Below, one piece after another: positions 27,361 through 40,950 of a stretch of DNA of 64,000 nucleotides. The notes under the pieces are model-generated. The model was not told the DNA's origin. It was given only the letters and a program-made list of their open reading frames with translations, and ran no database searches. Source of the stretch: the human T2T-CHM13v2.0 reference genome, Homo sapiens; assembly GCF_009914755.1 (NCBI RefSeq), contig NC_060926.1. One strand, written 5' to 3'. The position numbers were made by a program, and so were the translations under genes. Each line of letters starts with the position of its first letter. Positions within the stretch are counted from its first letter, which is position 1.

Positions 27361-30029
27361 AGCCAAATTAATGACATAAACTCATTCATCTTGCCTAAAA
27401 ATGTATAATCAACCCCTGAGGATCCTTTATCTTCATTTTCTTCTCCTAAGTGTAGCTCATAAATCAATGATCTGCCATGATACATTCTTTTCCAGTTATT
27501 ATCCAGTGATGTAATTTGTGCACTGAAGCAAAAACTGTTGTCTGTGTAGATTCTCTTGCACTTAAGTCACTGCCTCTCTGATAGCAGGCTGACCACTAAA
27601 ATAGAAATGTTTATCTAGGAAGGGAGTAAAAGTTTACCAGTTAATTCAACATTGAGTAGATCTGGTAGAAATGAATTCCACAGGAAATTACACCTCCCTT
27701 GCTAGACAGGCCTTTCCGTGCCTGGTTACCATGCAGGATATGTTTCTGGCATGACTCAGAGTGGGTCCGTTTTGCACAATCGCAAAGAAGGGACCTTTAT
27801 CTCTCTCATCTCTGCTGACCCTCAACGCTCATTGCCACTTCAAAAAACAGGCGTGGGCACCGTGCTCTGCGTGCATGATGACATATCTGCAATTCACCTG
27901 CATCCTCACCTTGACCTTGGCAACAGGATTAGGTGGTTGAGGTGAAGATTAATGAGACAATTATTTTTACAAGGAATATAAACAGCCTGGCTCTGCTGGG
28001 TTAACAGCATCCACAACATTCGTTGCTCCTAAGCATTAAGATTTTGCTCCTTGAATTCTGAGCAGTGGAAAGTCAATGTGAAGTATTATTTGATGTAATA
28101 ACTTATGACAGAAAAAAGTAAATGAAGATAAGGATTGATATCGTTAGAACAAATGCTATTAACATTACAGTCTCTTGAAAAATAGAAGGGTAGAGTGGGA
28201 AAACCTCAGAACAAGGCCTTAGCTCTGATGTTCATACAAACCGTTTAAACACTCAAAGCCTCAGTTTCTTCATCTGTAAAATGGAAATATTCATTAAAAA
28301 GAAAGAAAATTGGTATTTAACATAAGAACCAGCTGCAGCCACTTTTATATAATTTAGAATTCAAATCTGGAGAGATCTCTTTTTGTATAAAATACCTCAA
28401 TGAACTTCTTTGAGAATAAAAGGTAAAAACTTCCAGAGCATGGTATGGAAAGGGAAGCATTAAAAAAATTAAAAAGTGGGGAGAAAGGAATCATTTTGCA
28501 CATCAATGTGAAAAATAAAATTAAGCCCCAAAGAAAGGGGTTGAGAATCATCAGAAGTGAGAGAAAGGAAAAACACAGACCAGATAGGCAGCAAGAAGGC
28601 CCTCACAACATGGCAGCAGGTAGATAAGAAATTCCCCACGGAGAAAACTGCTCAGTAGATTTCTATGAACAAGAACATCTGAATGGAATTGGAAGTGGTT
28701 TTCTGCCTGTGGTGTAATTACCTTCTATTTTCCCCAAAATATCAATAAAGTCTGCAACACACAACAGGTATGAGAGATGAATTGTCACGATGAAGAAAGG
28801 CTGCTGATGGGACAACAGGTAGGAGAGGCTCAAGCAATTCTGAGGACCGGGCAGTATCTTGGGAGCAGATGACAGTAGCATAGGCTGGTGAGGGGCTGTA
28901 AGCCTCCTTGAGGAGCCCAAAACGGAATTTGTCACCCCTCCATCCCCAGCGCCAAGCTTGTCTCCATTGGAAATTCACGGAACCACTGGGTGGACCTGCC
29001 TGCAACATACAGAAGGGAGACAGGAACCCTCTGATTTGGATATCCCAGTGGAAGGTGACACCACAAGTCTGGAGGGTCTGTGCACATCTCGGTCTCGTGG
29101 CTGTGCTGACCAACTTGCTGAGAAAGACATTCCCTTGCACAGTCTCCCAACCCCCTTTCAGGTGCAAGGGAATGGGCCTTGGGCCCAGCATACTTTCTTA
29201 CCAAGAGGTAGAGTCCTCACAGCCTGAGCTGGGCTTGACGGAATATCTTTCCCTGTTTCAGACTCAATGCGTACCCCTTTGTTCTGCACAAGCATGTACA
29301 TTATATGGCACCTGGCCAACCCCACTGCTATTTCTGTCCCCTTGGGCAGGGAATGGATGCTTCTGCTGCAGCACAAGATGAGTGCACACAGGCCAATGGG
29401 CCTTCATGGGCTGCTGGAGGGCCCCACTCACCATGGGGGACTGACGCCCTCTATTGAAGCTGCTCTTTATCTCTTCTCTATATGAGCAAAACATGTTCCA
29501 TCCAGGGCTTGACTGCATTGTGTTTTCCTTGGCAACTCCAATACCGAGACACTGGAGGAAGAGTTCAGACTCCCATCCTGATAACAGGCAACAGATGCTA
29601 CTCGATTGACACACCTTAGAGAGATGCACTGGGGACCACATAAAATAACAGATGTGGAAGTAATTAGCAAACTTTACAATAACATACAAAGTAAGGCACT
29701 CATGGAATAACAAGTGGATCTTTACATCTCAGGCTATAACCTACTCCTTCCCAGCAAATGTAAAGCAAGATTTGTAGCTCACTGGAGTTCATTTTAAAGA
29801 GCTATAGTAAGTTATATCTTACAGTTGTTACGATATTCAAACAACTTTACATGTGGCTTTCAACATATCCTATTAATCAAATAATCAGTGAGGATTTGTT
29901 ATTATGTAACTGATATTATGGAGGGATTAATACATAAAAAGTATTAATACGTGGTCACTGAACACAGAGAAGTAAATCGACAGAAACTAAGAGGACAGAA
30001 AAAGAGTCTATGAAATCTGCTTTCCAAGC

Positions 30030-30215
30030 CCAACTCTAGCACAAACTAACCATAACCCTGAACAATCACTTAGCCTCTTTGGGCTACTTGTTTCAGCCAT
30101 AAAATAATACATATGTTCACTCCATCCTATCTTCCTCAAAGCACTGTTAGAAGGAGAGAAATAATACACATGAAAACTCTTTAAAAACTCTGAAATACTC
30201 TGTAAAATAAGGCAT
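30030..30215 (+). mobile_element. MIR
   Basis: ccctgaacaatcacttagcctctttgggc...ttagaaggag...atgaaaactctttaaaaactct. Confidence 0.65.
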
Positions 30216-30239
30216 CACTATCGCTATGAAGACTTTCTT

Positions 30240-30523
30240 TTGAAAAGAGTCTCGCTCTGTTGCCCAGGCTAGAGTGCAGTGGCACAATCTCGACTCACTG
30301 CAACCTCTGTCTCCTGGATTCAAGCGATTCTCCTGCCTCAGTCTCCCGTAGTAGATGGGATTACAGGCACCTGCCACCACGCCCAGCTAATATTTGTATT
30401 TTTAGTAGAGACGGGGTTGCACTATGTTGGCCAGGCTGGTCTCGAACTCCTGACCTCAAGCGATCCTCCTGCCTCAACCTCCCAAAGTGTTGGGATTACA
30501 GGCATAAGCCACTGCACCCAGCC
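30240..30523 (-). mobile_element. AluS with perfect 12-bp TSD and almost no A-tail
   Basis: TSD gaagactttctt at 30228-30239 and 30524-30535. Confidence 0.96.
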
Positions 30524-30944
30524 GAAGACTTTCTTGAGTTTCATTTCTTTGCTGTTTTGTATGTTTGGTGTTAGGTGAACTCCACATCTCATCTGCATAA
30601 AATGTCTAGTCTCTTTAAAAATGCTCAGTGAATAAATCATTCACCCAGCATCTTCCAAGTGGGCTGGTTCTGCTTCCCTCCCATATGCTGGAGAACAGAA
30701 GGGCAGAGAGCAGCCTGGAGGGAGAAGTGATTCAGCTCAGGATCGCTCTGATTGTTTTTATGTGGGTAAGAAGTGGAACAGAATACAAAATACTGGAAAA
30801 TATAACTGCACATGGGTTAGCATAGTGAGATTGCAGGGGTCTTCAATGTCTTTTTTATATCTTCAATGTCTCCTTTTTTATAGTTGTAATGCTCTTGTGC
30901 AATAAATAAATGCTCTTGTGCAATAAATAAGAATAAAAACCTTT

Positions 30945-31095
30945 ATATATCCTTTGCAACACTTTGCAATTCACAGAGCATTTTCACATATGCCACTTGA
31001 TTCTTACTACTGCTCCAGAAAGAGGGCACTGTTATTGACCCCATTTTATAGCTATGGAAACCGAGGCTTGGAGAGATAACACCAGCTCCAGGATC
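30945..31095 (-). mobile_element. MIR
   Basis: cccattttatagctatggaaaccgaggcttggagag. Confidence 0.75.
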
Positions 31096-31543
31096 AATAC
31101 ATTCTTTGCATTACTGGCTCTACCTCCCAGATGAAAAGGAGATGCTGCTGTAGGAAAAACTAATAGGAGGAGGATGATTAAGCAAAAGGTTCCTCAGAAG
31201 ATTGTTCTAGAAAGAACCAAATGAGGCTATGACTGAAGACATGACTGCTTCAGTCTCTGAAAGCAGAGAGACTAAGATTGCACTGATCTTCCCTGTGAGA
31301 AGCATTCCTTGAAGGTTCACGGACACACATGGGAGCAGCAGGCCTCTCGTCCCAAGAAGAGAGTCAAGCCCCAACAGGAATGGAGATGGGAGGGGTAGGT
31401 GGGAGAACTAGGCTTTCCCAGATAAAAGTTCCTGGGAGCCATAACATTTTGATTGTAACTTGTTGACTTTAAAATGGGTCTAGATTTTATAGAAGAGACG
31501 GTTGCCCAAGAAAAGTTACCACGAACCAATAATATTAACAAGC

Positions 31544-31840
31544 TAGCCCAGCGCAGTGGTTTATCCCTGCAATCCCATTATTTTGGGAGGCTAAGGCAGG
31601 AGGATCATTTGAGCCTGGGAGACGAGGCTGGGCAACACAAGGAAACTCTCCATCTCTACAAAAAAAAACTTAAAAATTAGCTAGACATGGTGATGTGTAC
31701 CTGTAGTCCCAGCTATTCAGGAGGCTGAGGCAGGAGGATCATTTGGGCCCAGGAGTTTGAGATTACAATGAGCCATGATCGCCCAACTGCACTCCTGCCT
31801 GGGAGACAGAGAGAGACCCCATCGCTAAAATAAAATAAAG
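31544..31840 (+). mobile_element. AluJ
   Basis: Diverged dimer with the J-type ggaggatcatttgggcccaggagtttgagattacaatgagccatgatc. Confidence 0.92.
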
Positions 31841-32869
31841 TCAAACAAGCAGCACCTTCAAGGTCTACAGGTCTAAATAGCAGCAAGCACCTCACAACCA
31901 GGCCCATAGTGAGACTGAGGGAACAGAAAGGCTGGGCCATTCTGAGACACAAGACACAGAGCTAAGGCAGAGTTGCAAACTGACAGCCCCTAAACCAACC
32001 CCTACTCTTGGATGTGCTATTTAGAGTCCCTAGAGCTATCATAGATGTTGTTGTTATTTCAATGTGAATTCGTTGCCAGCATTTTAATACTGTGAAATTT
32101 AACATAAAAATCTCCATTTCTAACTTCTTTCGAAAGTAGCAAAAGCTCTGGCTTCCTGGGCCCAGGATTTCGACATGACAGCAATTCGCTGGAGCCTCAA
32201 AGGGTAGCGGTGCTCTCTCCTCCTCCCCAGGTACCTGCAGCCCATGGCCCTCATCTGTTTCATCTGGGTGGTTCCTGTATGCAGCTGAGTTTGGGACCTC
32301 TCCTCTAGTGCTGAAGCAACGATTTGGAGGATAAGCCAAGAAACACACAAGGCAGCTCCAAGGACCAAAGGTGACAACAGCCAGCAAACTGACATTGGCC
32401 ATTGCCCAGACTTGCATTTCCTCAGTTCCTCCCTGGCCCTTCCTGCCGAAGACATGCAGATGTAAATGTTGACCCGCTCCCTTCCGGAGGAGCAGTAGGT
32501 ACCAAATCATACCCATGGGGCAGGAGTGATGTCAGGGCCAGGCCTCAGGAATGGCTGCCAGGAAATCCCAAGCAGAAGCAATGAGCAGTCAGGGTCAAAA
32601 GCCATCAAGACCAAAGGCAAGCAGGAGCTGTGAGGGCTCGACTAGAGGAATAAATTCCCTTAACTTGGGGGATTTGCCTTTAGAAGGTTCTGCATCCCAC
32701 TCACATGGGGGCACTCTCCTCCATAAAACCAAAAATGGAAGTCTCTGAAACTAGTGCCTAAGGATGGGGAAGGTGAGGTCCCCAACGAGCCTGCTGCCTC
32801 CATCAAACCCAGCTCCATGTGTCACTGAAGACCCTCAATCAACGTTATTCACAAAAGGGATTATTAGAT

Positions 32870-33810
32870 CAAGTCTACACACTTGTCACAGGCTGCTGGA
32901 AGGGGTGTAAATTGGTGCGTCTCCAAGAGAGGGCAACTTGACCTTCACTGGCAAAACTGCCAAAGAATCTACGCTTTCACCCATGAGTCCAACTTCTTGG
33001 AATTTATTTTATAGGTACAACTACACAGGTACCAAATGGCATGTATACAGGTTTATCCACTGCAGTTCTGTTCACACCAGAAAAAGATTGGAAATAATCC
33101 AATGTTTCTCAAGAAATAGTTTGTGGTACAAAGAATGGAATACTATGTCATTTTTTAAAAGCAGTAAGAAAAAATGTGGTGTTTTCTATGTATACGGGGA
33201 AAAATTAAAAAATTAAGTGAAAAAAGTAAGGTACAGAACAGTATGTATAGTGTATTAACTTTCTATATGAAAGCAGGAAAAACAAAATCTTTACCCATGT
33301 TTGCTCCATTTGTTTTTTTGTTTGTTTTTCTTCTGAGACAGAGTCTCATTCTGTCACCCAGGCCAGAGTGCAGTGGCACGATCTCAGCTCACTGCAAGTC
33401 TGCTTCCCAGGTTCGAGCAATTCTTCTGCCTCAGCCTCTCAATTAGCTGGGATTACAGGTGCCCACCACCACTCCTGGATAAATTTTGTATTTTAGTAGA
33501 GACAGGGTTTTACCATCTTGGCCAGGCTGGTCTCAAACTCCCGACTCAGGTGATCCATCCAGCTTGGCCTCCCAAAGTGCTGGGATTATAGGCATGACAC
33601 ACCATGCCCAGCCTCCATTTGGCTTTCTAAAACTCTAGAAGGTCTTTCATGTATACATGAAAAAGGAATAAAAAAATGTTTACCTATGTGGGACACTGTT
33701 GGGCTATGAGATAGATGGACGCCAGGTGGGAGAAGGCCTGTCCCTTTATTGTTTGGCATTTTGAACCCTATGAATGGGTTATGACCTAAAACACGAACAC
33801 ATTTCTTCAT
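32870..33810 (+). mobile_element. L1ME-like 3' fragment, interrupted by an Alu
   Basis: gctgctggaaggggtgtaaattggtgc...cttggaatttattttatag...aaaagattggaaataatcc...tacagaacagtatgtatagt. Confidence 0.7.
33313..33613 (-). mobile_element. AluS
   Basis: Antisense Alu with TSD tccatttg. Confidence 0.93.
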
Positions 33811-34049
33811 AAATGTCAAGTCCAGAAGTGGAGGCATCACTGGGCCTGGACCCCGAGAACAGCACGGAGAGAGGCAGAGGGAACATGGTGGGACCTGACA
33901 ATACAGCACTACTGTGTCTTCTCGAGACCTCATGGTTCTCAGGCATAAGAGCCACACGAGGTACCTGCTCTGAGACTCAGCATCAGTTCACTTGGATGTA
34001 CCTGAAGGAAACACGAGGGCTTAGCAGGGAGTTTAACAAACTCCTGAGA

Positions 34050-34548
34050 CACTGAACATACAAATGACCTTGGGTAGACCACATAAAAAAGTCAATAACT
34101 GACCCCCAACCTGCAGCAACCAGCACAAGAAACCAACCTATTATCTAGCTATAGATAGCCAGCCTGCTGTCTATAAGTCAGATTGCTATCTCTAGTTACT
34201 AGTCCAGGAATCCAAGCAATAAATCCTGTAACAGTTGGCCCAAAATGGCCAGGCCTTGATTAATAACTGACAGCTTCCCTAATTTTTGTCCCCACTTCCA
34301 AATTAAGGCCAACCAGAGAAAGTCAAATATACACCCCTAACAAATCACATAGGCTACTCTGCTTCTAGTTGGCCAGCCTGCAGCTTCCCCATGCCAGGAG
34401 CCCAATTGGCACACACCTGAAGCTTTCCCACTCTGCCTGCCTTTGAGTCTCTGTCAAAAAGTGACAGTGGCTGACACCCCTGCTATAGCAGGCTCTGAAT
34501 AAATAGCCTTTGCCTGTTCGCATTTGGCTGGTCTTTATTAATTTCCAC
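34050..34548 (+). mobile_element. ERV1 LTR (MER89/MER90/MER110 group)
   Basis: ctgcagcaaccagc...cagcttccctaatttttgtcccc...aaccagagaaag...ctctgaataaatagcctttg...atttccac. Confidence 0.75.
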
Positions 34549-35114
34549 TTTCCTTTTGGACATCCCTGTTGTCCCCAGTTTGGAATATCACAATGAAAGA
34601 AGATGAAATTCCATAAGTGTTAAAATATAACTAATTATTTACATATACTGACATTAACACTCACACAAATAATTTCATCAAATTCAAGGAAAGCAGAAGA
34701 GATGGCATTGCAGGTGTTGTGTGTTTATGTAATAAATATAATTGGATGTGTAAAAAAGAGAATTTTCTTTTTATAATTTCATGTATATTTCTCATCCTAT
34801 GACTCTCCCTCTCCTGAGGCTTCCAGACAACTGGTCTCAGAGATTCAGGGAGAAGTTAGCTCCCAACAGAGAAAAGTCAATACAGATTCTTGTTTGACTA
34901 AATGTTTGAAAGCCCAACATCATGCAGGAAAAAAAGGAGCACCTACATTTGTGTTAGCACATCCAGGATGAAGACTGGCAGACTCAGGGGACAGAATTTC
35001 CTCAGTGATTGTGGGAGAAAGGGATGTTGTGTTTAATCTCGGGGTCTTCATTTATTGTACTTCTCTGGAAGAGGTAGGCCATTTAGAAACACCCAAACGG
35101 ATATGGAGGAGGCA

Positions 35115-35468
35115 GGGAGCTGTGTTGAAGCTCTAATCAACTATGTGACTTTACTTGGAAATAAGGTCTTTAAAGAGGTAACTGAGGTTAAATGAGATCA
35201 TGAGGGTAGGCCCTAATTCAATAGCACTGGTATCCTTCTAAGAAGAGGAAGCGGTGCCAGGAGTGTGCCTGCAGAAAAGAGGCCGTGTGAGGACACAGCA
35301 AGAAGGAGGCCAAATGCAAGCCAAAAGAGAGGTCTCCCCAGAAACCAACCCTGCTGACACTTTGACCTTGGACTTCCAGCCCCCAGAACTGTGAGCAAAT
35401 GAATTTCTGTTTTTTAAGTCTCCCGGTCTCTGGTATTTTGTTATGGCAGCCCGAGCTGACGAATATAC
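35115..35468 (+). mobile_element. MLT1A/B MaLR LTR
   Basis: ttggaaataaggtctttaaagagg...ccagaaaccaaccctgctgacactttgaccttggacttccagcccccagaactgtgag. Confidence 0.88.
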
Positions 35469-37060
35469 CCCCAACGTCACCTTGGACCATGGCTGGGTGT
35501 GCTCTCCCAGCACCAGCAGCCCTAGTCAGCTTTGTGGGTTCCCCTGGCATAGTGTGCAGGGCCCCCGAGGTTGCCATTTGCCCCAGTGAGGGGACTTGGA
35601 GGTGCTGCAAGTCCTAGTGCCTCAGCAGAAGCCTGGGGTCCTTAAGGATGGGGGAAACTTAGAAACCAGATTCAAAAGGTGAGAGCCAATGTCTGTAGCA
35701 GTGATACCAACACATCAAACCATGTGGACACCTCATTGGTTCCACTTTCACATATACTAGTCCTGCTGCTCTGTACCAGTGGCCAGGGAGTCCCCAGAGG
35801 ATGCCTGTGGATGCGAGGGCCCAGACTTCGCTCCACTGCACTGAGCACCTAAGCAGCATCTCTCCCTGCACACACATGGGGGATATATTGTTAAAGAGAA
35901 GGGAAGCAGGCAGGGAGGGGCAGGAATAGGAAAGGCAGCATTTATCCTTAAAAAACACAATTACTCAGATAAATACCTGATTGGCTCAGGCTAAGATTCT
36001 AAATTGGACTACATTAAGTCCCTTCTGGGGCTTCCCACCTCCCATAGAAATGGTTGTCATAAGGGAAATCATATCAGTAACAGGCAAAATAAGAAAAACA
36101 CATTTTTGGCAATCTGAGTGTCGTAAGAGTAATCCATTGCTCTGCTATATCTTTTATGAGCACGTATATCTATAAGTATGTGTACATACATATATTTTGT
36201 GTAAGACCATCTAGTGCCTTAACAATCAAGCTATTCCTTCAAAGGAAGGATTGAATGCTGCCTAAATTTTAGAAGGGTATTATCTCTGATTTAAAATTGT
36301 TCAGGGAAGCCTCTGATGGCCCTTTTTCATTTGTATCCAAAGCATTTACCACCTGCTCACATGCCCCGATAGAATACAGCACAGGAATGCCACTCACCCC
36401 CTAACCTGGCAAAGCTTCTTCTCTCATCTCTGTCCCTTTCCTAACCCTTTACGGTGGAAAATCTCCCTCCACCCGGGGCCATAATGTCCATACACTGAAG
36501 ACAAAGGAATGAAATCATTTACCCTATGATTTACCTTTTTCACAAACCCCTACACTATTACTAGATACAGAGACTATGAAGGCTCATGAACCTCACTGCA
36601 GGTCAAAGAAAACAGAGAGGCAAGACAGATTGGAGAGACAGCTTAGATTATCATGTTGCCATTTGGTTTTGCTTTCTCAAAGCAACTACACCCAGTTTAC
36701 ATCTGAGAAGCAATTAAAAACAAAACAAAACATAAATGTATTTTTAAAATAGGTTCTTGTCAACATTAAGCACTCAACAAAAATTGATGGGTTCCTGTGT
36801 TTCATGAAGGAGGGGGACAATCCCAGGACACCAGGCTTCGCCTCGGCAGGGTCTGCCCTGGGTTGGACCTCAGGAGGACATCAGTGTTCATGCCAAAGAG
36901 GTCGGTTACTGGAAGCACAACAGTAAAGTCCCAAGGTACTGGAAACTAAAGAGAGGTCTTCACATGGAACTGAGTGGGTGAGTGAAAGCCAGGACATCAG
37001 TAGGAGAACAGGATAATGGAGCAAGAAAATACAGGGATTCTAAAAAAGCAAGTAGAAATG

Positions 37061-37636
<576 letters not shown>

Positions 37637-37934
37637 TCATGAGAACACAGAATGTGACCTGCAGGGTGAAAGTTAGCTCTGCAGGGTAGCACACACAGAG
37701 TACCTGAACAGCGGCACAGGTGATTTTAGGTAACCAGAAAAAGAGAGGGAGTCCAGGGAAGGCTTTGTGACGAGACGCTTGGGTGGGGCTGGAAAGACTT
37801 GAAAGACAGGAGCCAGTGGTCTCATGGCAACACTGCTTCTCATGACCTGGGAGAGGACTGAGGCTTTGCTAGGTGTCCTCAGCCAAGCTCAGAACTACGG
37901 TGGTCCTCTGACATCTCCTCCACAGAATAGCCCA

Positions 37935-38108
37935 AACCTGCTCTGTCCAATAAGGTAAACACTAGCCTCGTGTGCAATTGAAATTGAAATTCATTAAAAT
38001 GTAATTAAATTTAAAACCCAGTTTCACAGGTGGCTAGATGCAACATTTTAGACAGCCCAGACGGTGAACATTTCCATCAGCATAAAAGCTCAATTGCATA
38101 GAACTGGT
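37935..38108. mobile_element. MER3/MER33-like hAT MITE
   Basis: ctgtccaata...gtggctag...ttagacagc...aacatttccatca...ctcaattgcatag. Confidence 0.7.
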
Positions 38109-39224
38109 CCAAACAAAATATTTCGTTGTTGATGGCAATCCAGTAACTATCAGTTTGGGCTCAGAGTCTATTGAAACATTGGGTTGGGAAAATAAAAAAA
38201 AAAATCTTAATTTCTAAAAATCTTAAATATTTTAAATTACTAAATAATATCCTAAAAGAATATTCCAAGATATTTCAAGTCCAAAACTTGTGTGCTCACA
38301 AATTCAGGTACTACCTAATATTCTAAAGATTTCCAATGATTTTCCTTGATTCTTTTCTGCTAATGTGTATGACAAATAGGGGGAAAAAATCACGCTTCAA
38401 ATGGTTTACAGGAATCACAAAAATAGCATCCTACACACCAAGGAAATTTTGAATATTTATACTTTTTTGTCTCCACCCACACAGTTACTTTGTGTAGAGA
38501 ACACAGCTGTTCATTTGTAAATGATTCCTGATGTTTGGATGACCTCTGGGGTGGTCTGCAGACATCATCCCCACCAGCGATTCTAATGTTTTGATAGATA
38601 TCTGAGTGGGTTCACTGATGAAGCAGGCAGAGCCATGCTGTGGCCCCAAATAAAGACCTACAATGTACCTTTTGTATTTAGCTTTCATAAATCAGCCAAA
38701 AAGGTTTCAAAACTTCCACCTTGGTGTTAGCAAACTACATAATAAAGAATGATAAATGACAACACAACTGTTCAGAAAGCCACCTGCATCTCATCAGTAG
38801 CATCAGAAACCAAGCCTTCAAAGAACAGACCTGCCTCAGATTAAAGAAGAAAAGACAGAGGAAAAAATCCAGACAAATCTTTCACTCCATTGTCTGCTGA
38901 CCTCCTTTAAAATTTTTCAAAAAAAAAAAAATACTAACCTACCCAGTGACATTGTGACAACACATTCCATCCTCAGTCACTTTACAGGACTCCTCTGCAG
39001 TCCTTCAATCATTAGCTCTCTGGACTTATATGTTTCTTCCATGAATTAAATGATTTATCTTTTTGAATATGATTCTTTCCCCTTGGGAACACGCAGACTA
39101 ATGATTGATTGTGAACTCTAGGTCTGGGTTAGCTGGGCATTTTTGTTGCAGCTCCCCAGTGAAAACAAGCAAAAAAAAAAAAAAAAAAAGGAGATACTTG
39201 GAATTCCCCACAGGATAGTGGTGA

Positions 39225-39460
39225 TTATAAGTAGCTACCAGTTATTAATTGCTTACCACATGCCTGGCACTATGCTGAGCCCTTTTCATGTGTGCTCTCA
39301 TTTAATCCTCCTGACAAACCCAGGGGAAAAGTGCCACTATTATCAACGTTTGGATGAGGAGGAAACTGAGGCACAAGAGGTGAAGTCATACAGTGGCAGA
39401 GCTAAACCCCAACCAAGTATGTCAGGTGCCAAGTCCAGTCTCTTTCCTACCAAACTGTAC
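39225..39460 (-). mobile_element. MIR
   Basis: gcttaccacatgcctggcactatgctgagc...ctcatttaatcctc...gatgaggaggaaactgaggcac. Confidence 0.85.
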
Positions 39461-39751
39461 TAATCTCAGTGAAACTGGGAGATACTCCCTTCCCAGAGAA
39501 GAGGGGAGGGAAGAGAATGAAAGGAAACCAATCTGGATGCTCCCAAGGAGGCGTGGGAGAGTGCCTCCTTCGCATGTCAGCAGGGATGATGCCCGCCACA
39601 GTTTCAGGGTTTTCCTGTTTTTATACAATGTATCAAGTAGTTCACCTTTTGGTTAACCTGTTTCTCTTTCTCTATGGCTTAGAGAAATCAAAATGGATTT
39701 TATATTGTTTTGAAAACAACAGGATGGGAGAGAAAGGAAAATGCTGCATTC

Positions 39752-40151
39752 CCGCATGTTCTCACTTATTTGTGGGTTCTAAAAATCAAAACAATCGAAC
39801 TGATGGACATAGAGAGTAGAAGGAGGGTTACCAGACACTGGGAAGGGCAGAAGGTGTTGTGTGGGAGGTGGGGATGGTTAATAGGTACAAAAAAAATAGA
39901 TAAAGAATGAATAAGACTTACTATTTGATAGTACAATAGGGTGACTATAGTCAATAATAACTTCATTGTGTATTTTAAAATCACTTAAAGAATGTAATTG
40001 GATTATTTGTAATGCAAAGGATAAACGTTTGAGGGGATGGATATCCTATTCTCCATGATGTGCTTATTTCACATTGCATGTCTGCATCAAAACATCTCAT
40101 ATACCCCATAAATATGTATGCCTACTATGTACCCACAAAAATTATTTTAAA
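39752..40151 (+). mobile_element. L1MA2/3-like 3' end with 19-bp TSD
   Basis: gcatgttctcacttatttgtggg...tactatgtacccacaaaaatt; TSD aaaggaaaatgctgcattc / aaagaaaaatattgcattc. Confidence 0.92.
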
Positions 40152-40539
40152 AAAGAAAAATATTGCATTCTCTACTGCACTTTCATAAAGGGAGGGTGGG
40201 CCATGTGCCAAAGGCATGCAGAAGAAAAGAGGAGTGGGAAGGAGTGAGCCCCTCAGAAAGGCCATGGGGTCCAGAGAAGCTGTGTAGACTCACACTTCCC
40301 AATGATATTCTTCTGGGTAGAGTGAATTTGCAACAGTGTCAGTATCTTATAGCTCAAGTCCACTTTAGTCGGTTGGTTGATTTCTTCAACTAACTTGCTG
40401 ATACCTGCAATGCCACTATGCAGGCTTTCCATTTAGTGTAAGACTTTACTTGCTATTAAAATAAAAATATGGCAGGCAGGATACTAAGATTTTAGGCCAA
40501 GAATAGTGAAAGGACTAGCTGGTATGTCTGTGAATAGAA

Positions 40540-40950
40540 AGATCTAAAATAAAACAAACTTTGGTACAAACTTTGGCTCCACCCCTTAACCAGTCTGTGA
40601 TTTGGGGCAAGTTATTTAGTATTTTAGAGCTTCAATATTCTCATCTGTAACTGGGGATTTTACCTATACTTCAACAGTTTGAGAACTAATGAGCTAACAT
40701 ATTAAAAATTCCTGGTCCATAGTCATTGCTGTTATTGTTTTGGCAGGAAAAGAAATATGCATTAATTAAAAACCTACTATGCGCCATATGCTTTTACAAA
40801 AGTTTTCTTATTTAACCTTCACAGCAACCCATTTTCCTAGGAAAGATGGAGAATTACAGAGGTTGCATAATTTTCCTAAAAATCATAAAGCAAATTAGCG
40901 GTGGGAGCAAAATTCAAACCCATATTTTCACTTCTAGTTGAATGCTCCTT
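40540..40950. mobile_element. Two MIRs, tail-to-tail (+ then -)
   Basis: + core: tgtgatttggggcaagttattt...ttctcatctgtaa; - copy: acctactatgcgcc...tttaaccttcacagcaaccc...aattcaaaccc. Confidence 0.7.

Noticed and set aside
28663-29713. Cluster of overlapping 70-157 aa ORFs
   Set aside because: No recognisable homology or coherent exon structure; expected by chance in GC-richer DNA
31962-32516. 184-aa minus-strand ORF
   Set aside because: No recognisable domain or splice/poly(A) context; treated as a chance ORF
30240-33613. Inverted Alu pairs (also 48930/50702 and 58040/59262)
   Set aside because: Common in primate DNA; different subfamilies about 1-1.5 kb apart; relevant only if transcribed
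40540-40950. Tail-to-tail MIR pair as a possible miRNA hairpin
   Set aside because: Arms too diverged to see a convincing stem
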